Of a DNA stretch of 64,000 nucleotides, positions 63,643-64,000 are shown piece after piece (position 1 is the first letter of the stretch; each line of letters starts with the position of its first letter). A model generated the notes under the pieces. It was given only the letters and a program-made list of their open reading frames with translations, searched no databases and was not told the origin of the DNA. Position numbers and translations under genes: made by a program. The DNA comes from Bacillota bacterium (lineage in GTDB: Bacteria > Bacillota > SHA-98 > UBA4971): contig JASEJE010000015.1 of assembly GCA_030024085.1 (NCBI GenBank), positions 14,375-78,374 on the forward strand. Reading direction: 5' to 3'.

Positions 63643-64000
63643 CTACTCCCCTCTCGCCGCCCCCCGCTGCTTTCCCTGCTCCATCTGTCCCCCTTGCTTT
63701 CTCCGCCCTGCCAGCTCTCTCTGCTCTTTCTGCGCTCTCTGGCGCAACACCTCGAACATGATGACCCCAGCGGCAACCGACGCGTTCAGCGACGATACGC
63801 GACCTCTCGTCGGAATCCGCACCAGGACGTCGCATTTCTCGGCCAGGAGACGCGACATCCCACCCCCTTCCGAACCGATCACCAGGGCGACCGGCCCGGT
63901 GAAGTCCACCTCGTAGATGGTGCGCTCTGCCCCCGCGTCGGCTCCGAACACCCAGAAGCCGTGTTCCTTCAGCCTCTCGACCTCCCGGGGGAGGTTCGCC
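63643..64000 (-). CDS. rlmB: 23S rRNA (guanosine-2'-O)-methyltransferase RlmB/YacO (SpoU/TrmH family), 3' portion; 5' end beyond the window
   Basis: C-terminal SpoU motifs VALVIGSEGGGMS...IPTRGRVSSLNASVAAGVIMFE. Confidence 0.75.
   Translation of the reverse strand, partial: ANLPREVERLKEHGFWVFGADAGAERTIYEVDFTGPVALVIGSEGGGMSRLLAEKCDVLVRIPTRGRVSSLNASVAAGVIMFEVLRQRAQKEQRELAGRRKQGGQMEQGKQRGAARGE

Overview
High-GC (~65%) bacterial chromosome segment with a Bacillus/Clostridia-type core gene order. Almost all genes from 2.9 kb onward lie on the minus strand.

The first ~18 kb is an accessory/metabolic stretch:
- an OpuC/OpuA-like ABC osmoprotectant importer on the plus strand;
- alanine dehydrogenase;
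- a small outer-membrane beta-barrel-like protein;
- a GH18 YaaH-like hydrolase;
- a divergent CodY-family regulator;
- a ferredoxin and a CopZ-like protein;
- the AmmeMemoRadiSam system, with Memo and AMMECR1 fused;
- an alanine-racemase-family PLP enzyme and a SIS-domain protein;
- an Amidase_3/GerMN amidase, a small methyltransferase, nadE and an enoyl-CoA hydratase.

From 18.3 kb to 56.6 kb the window is the complete translation/transcription supercluster read on the minus strand. From high to low coordinate the order is: rpmG-secE-nusG-rplKAJL-rpoBC-ybxF-rpsLG-fusA-tuf-S10 operon-spc operon-secY-adk-map-KOW-infA-rpmJ-rpsMK-rpoA-rplQ-ecfA1A2T-truA-rplM-rpsI. A Tyr-Gly-Thr tRNA operon lies upstream (57.06 to 56.79 kb). 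sigH, a tRNA-Thr(UGU), a DEAD-box helicase, a VanW/G5 protein and the 3' part of rlmB lie at the right end. A class-V aminotransferase (cysteine desulfurase family) is the only plus-strand gene on the right side.

The most notable unexplained signal is a family of four structured intergenic repeats. They are 145 to 212 nt long and share terminal inverted repeats (CTAAGTA...TACTTAG), nested internal inverted repeats and a conserved core. All four are in the same orientation, and each sits between co-directional minus-strand genes. Two copies supply the TAA stop codon of the adjacent gene, and two copies in direct orientation flank the racemase gene. This looks like an undescribed MITE-like or structured-RNA element family.

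Other anomalies:
- three tandem degenerate ~118-nt repeats with GACCACC/GGTGGTC hairpins, upstream of the csd-like gene;
- an ~860-nt noncoding gap between rplA and rplJ;
- a (GTTCC)5 microsatellite in the rplK-rplA spacer;
- a Cys4 insertion in EF-Tu;
- long poly-acidic C-terminal tails on RpoB and RpoC.

No rRNA, CRISPR array, transposase or integrase was found.
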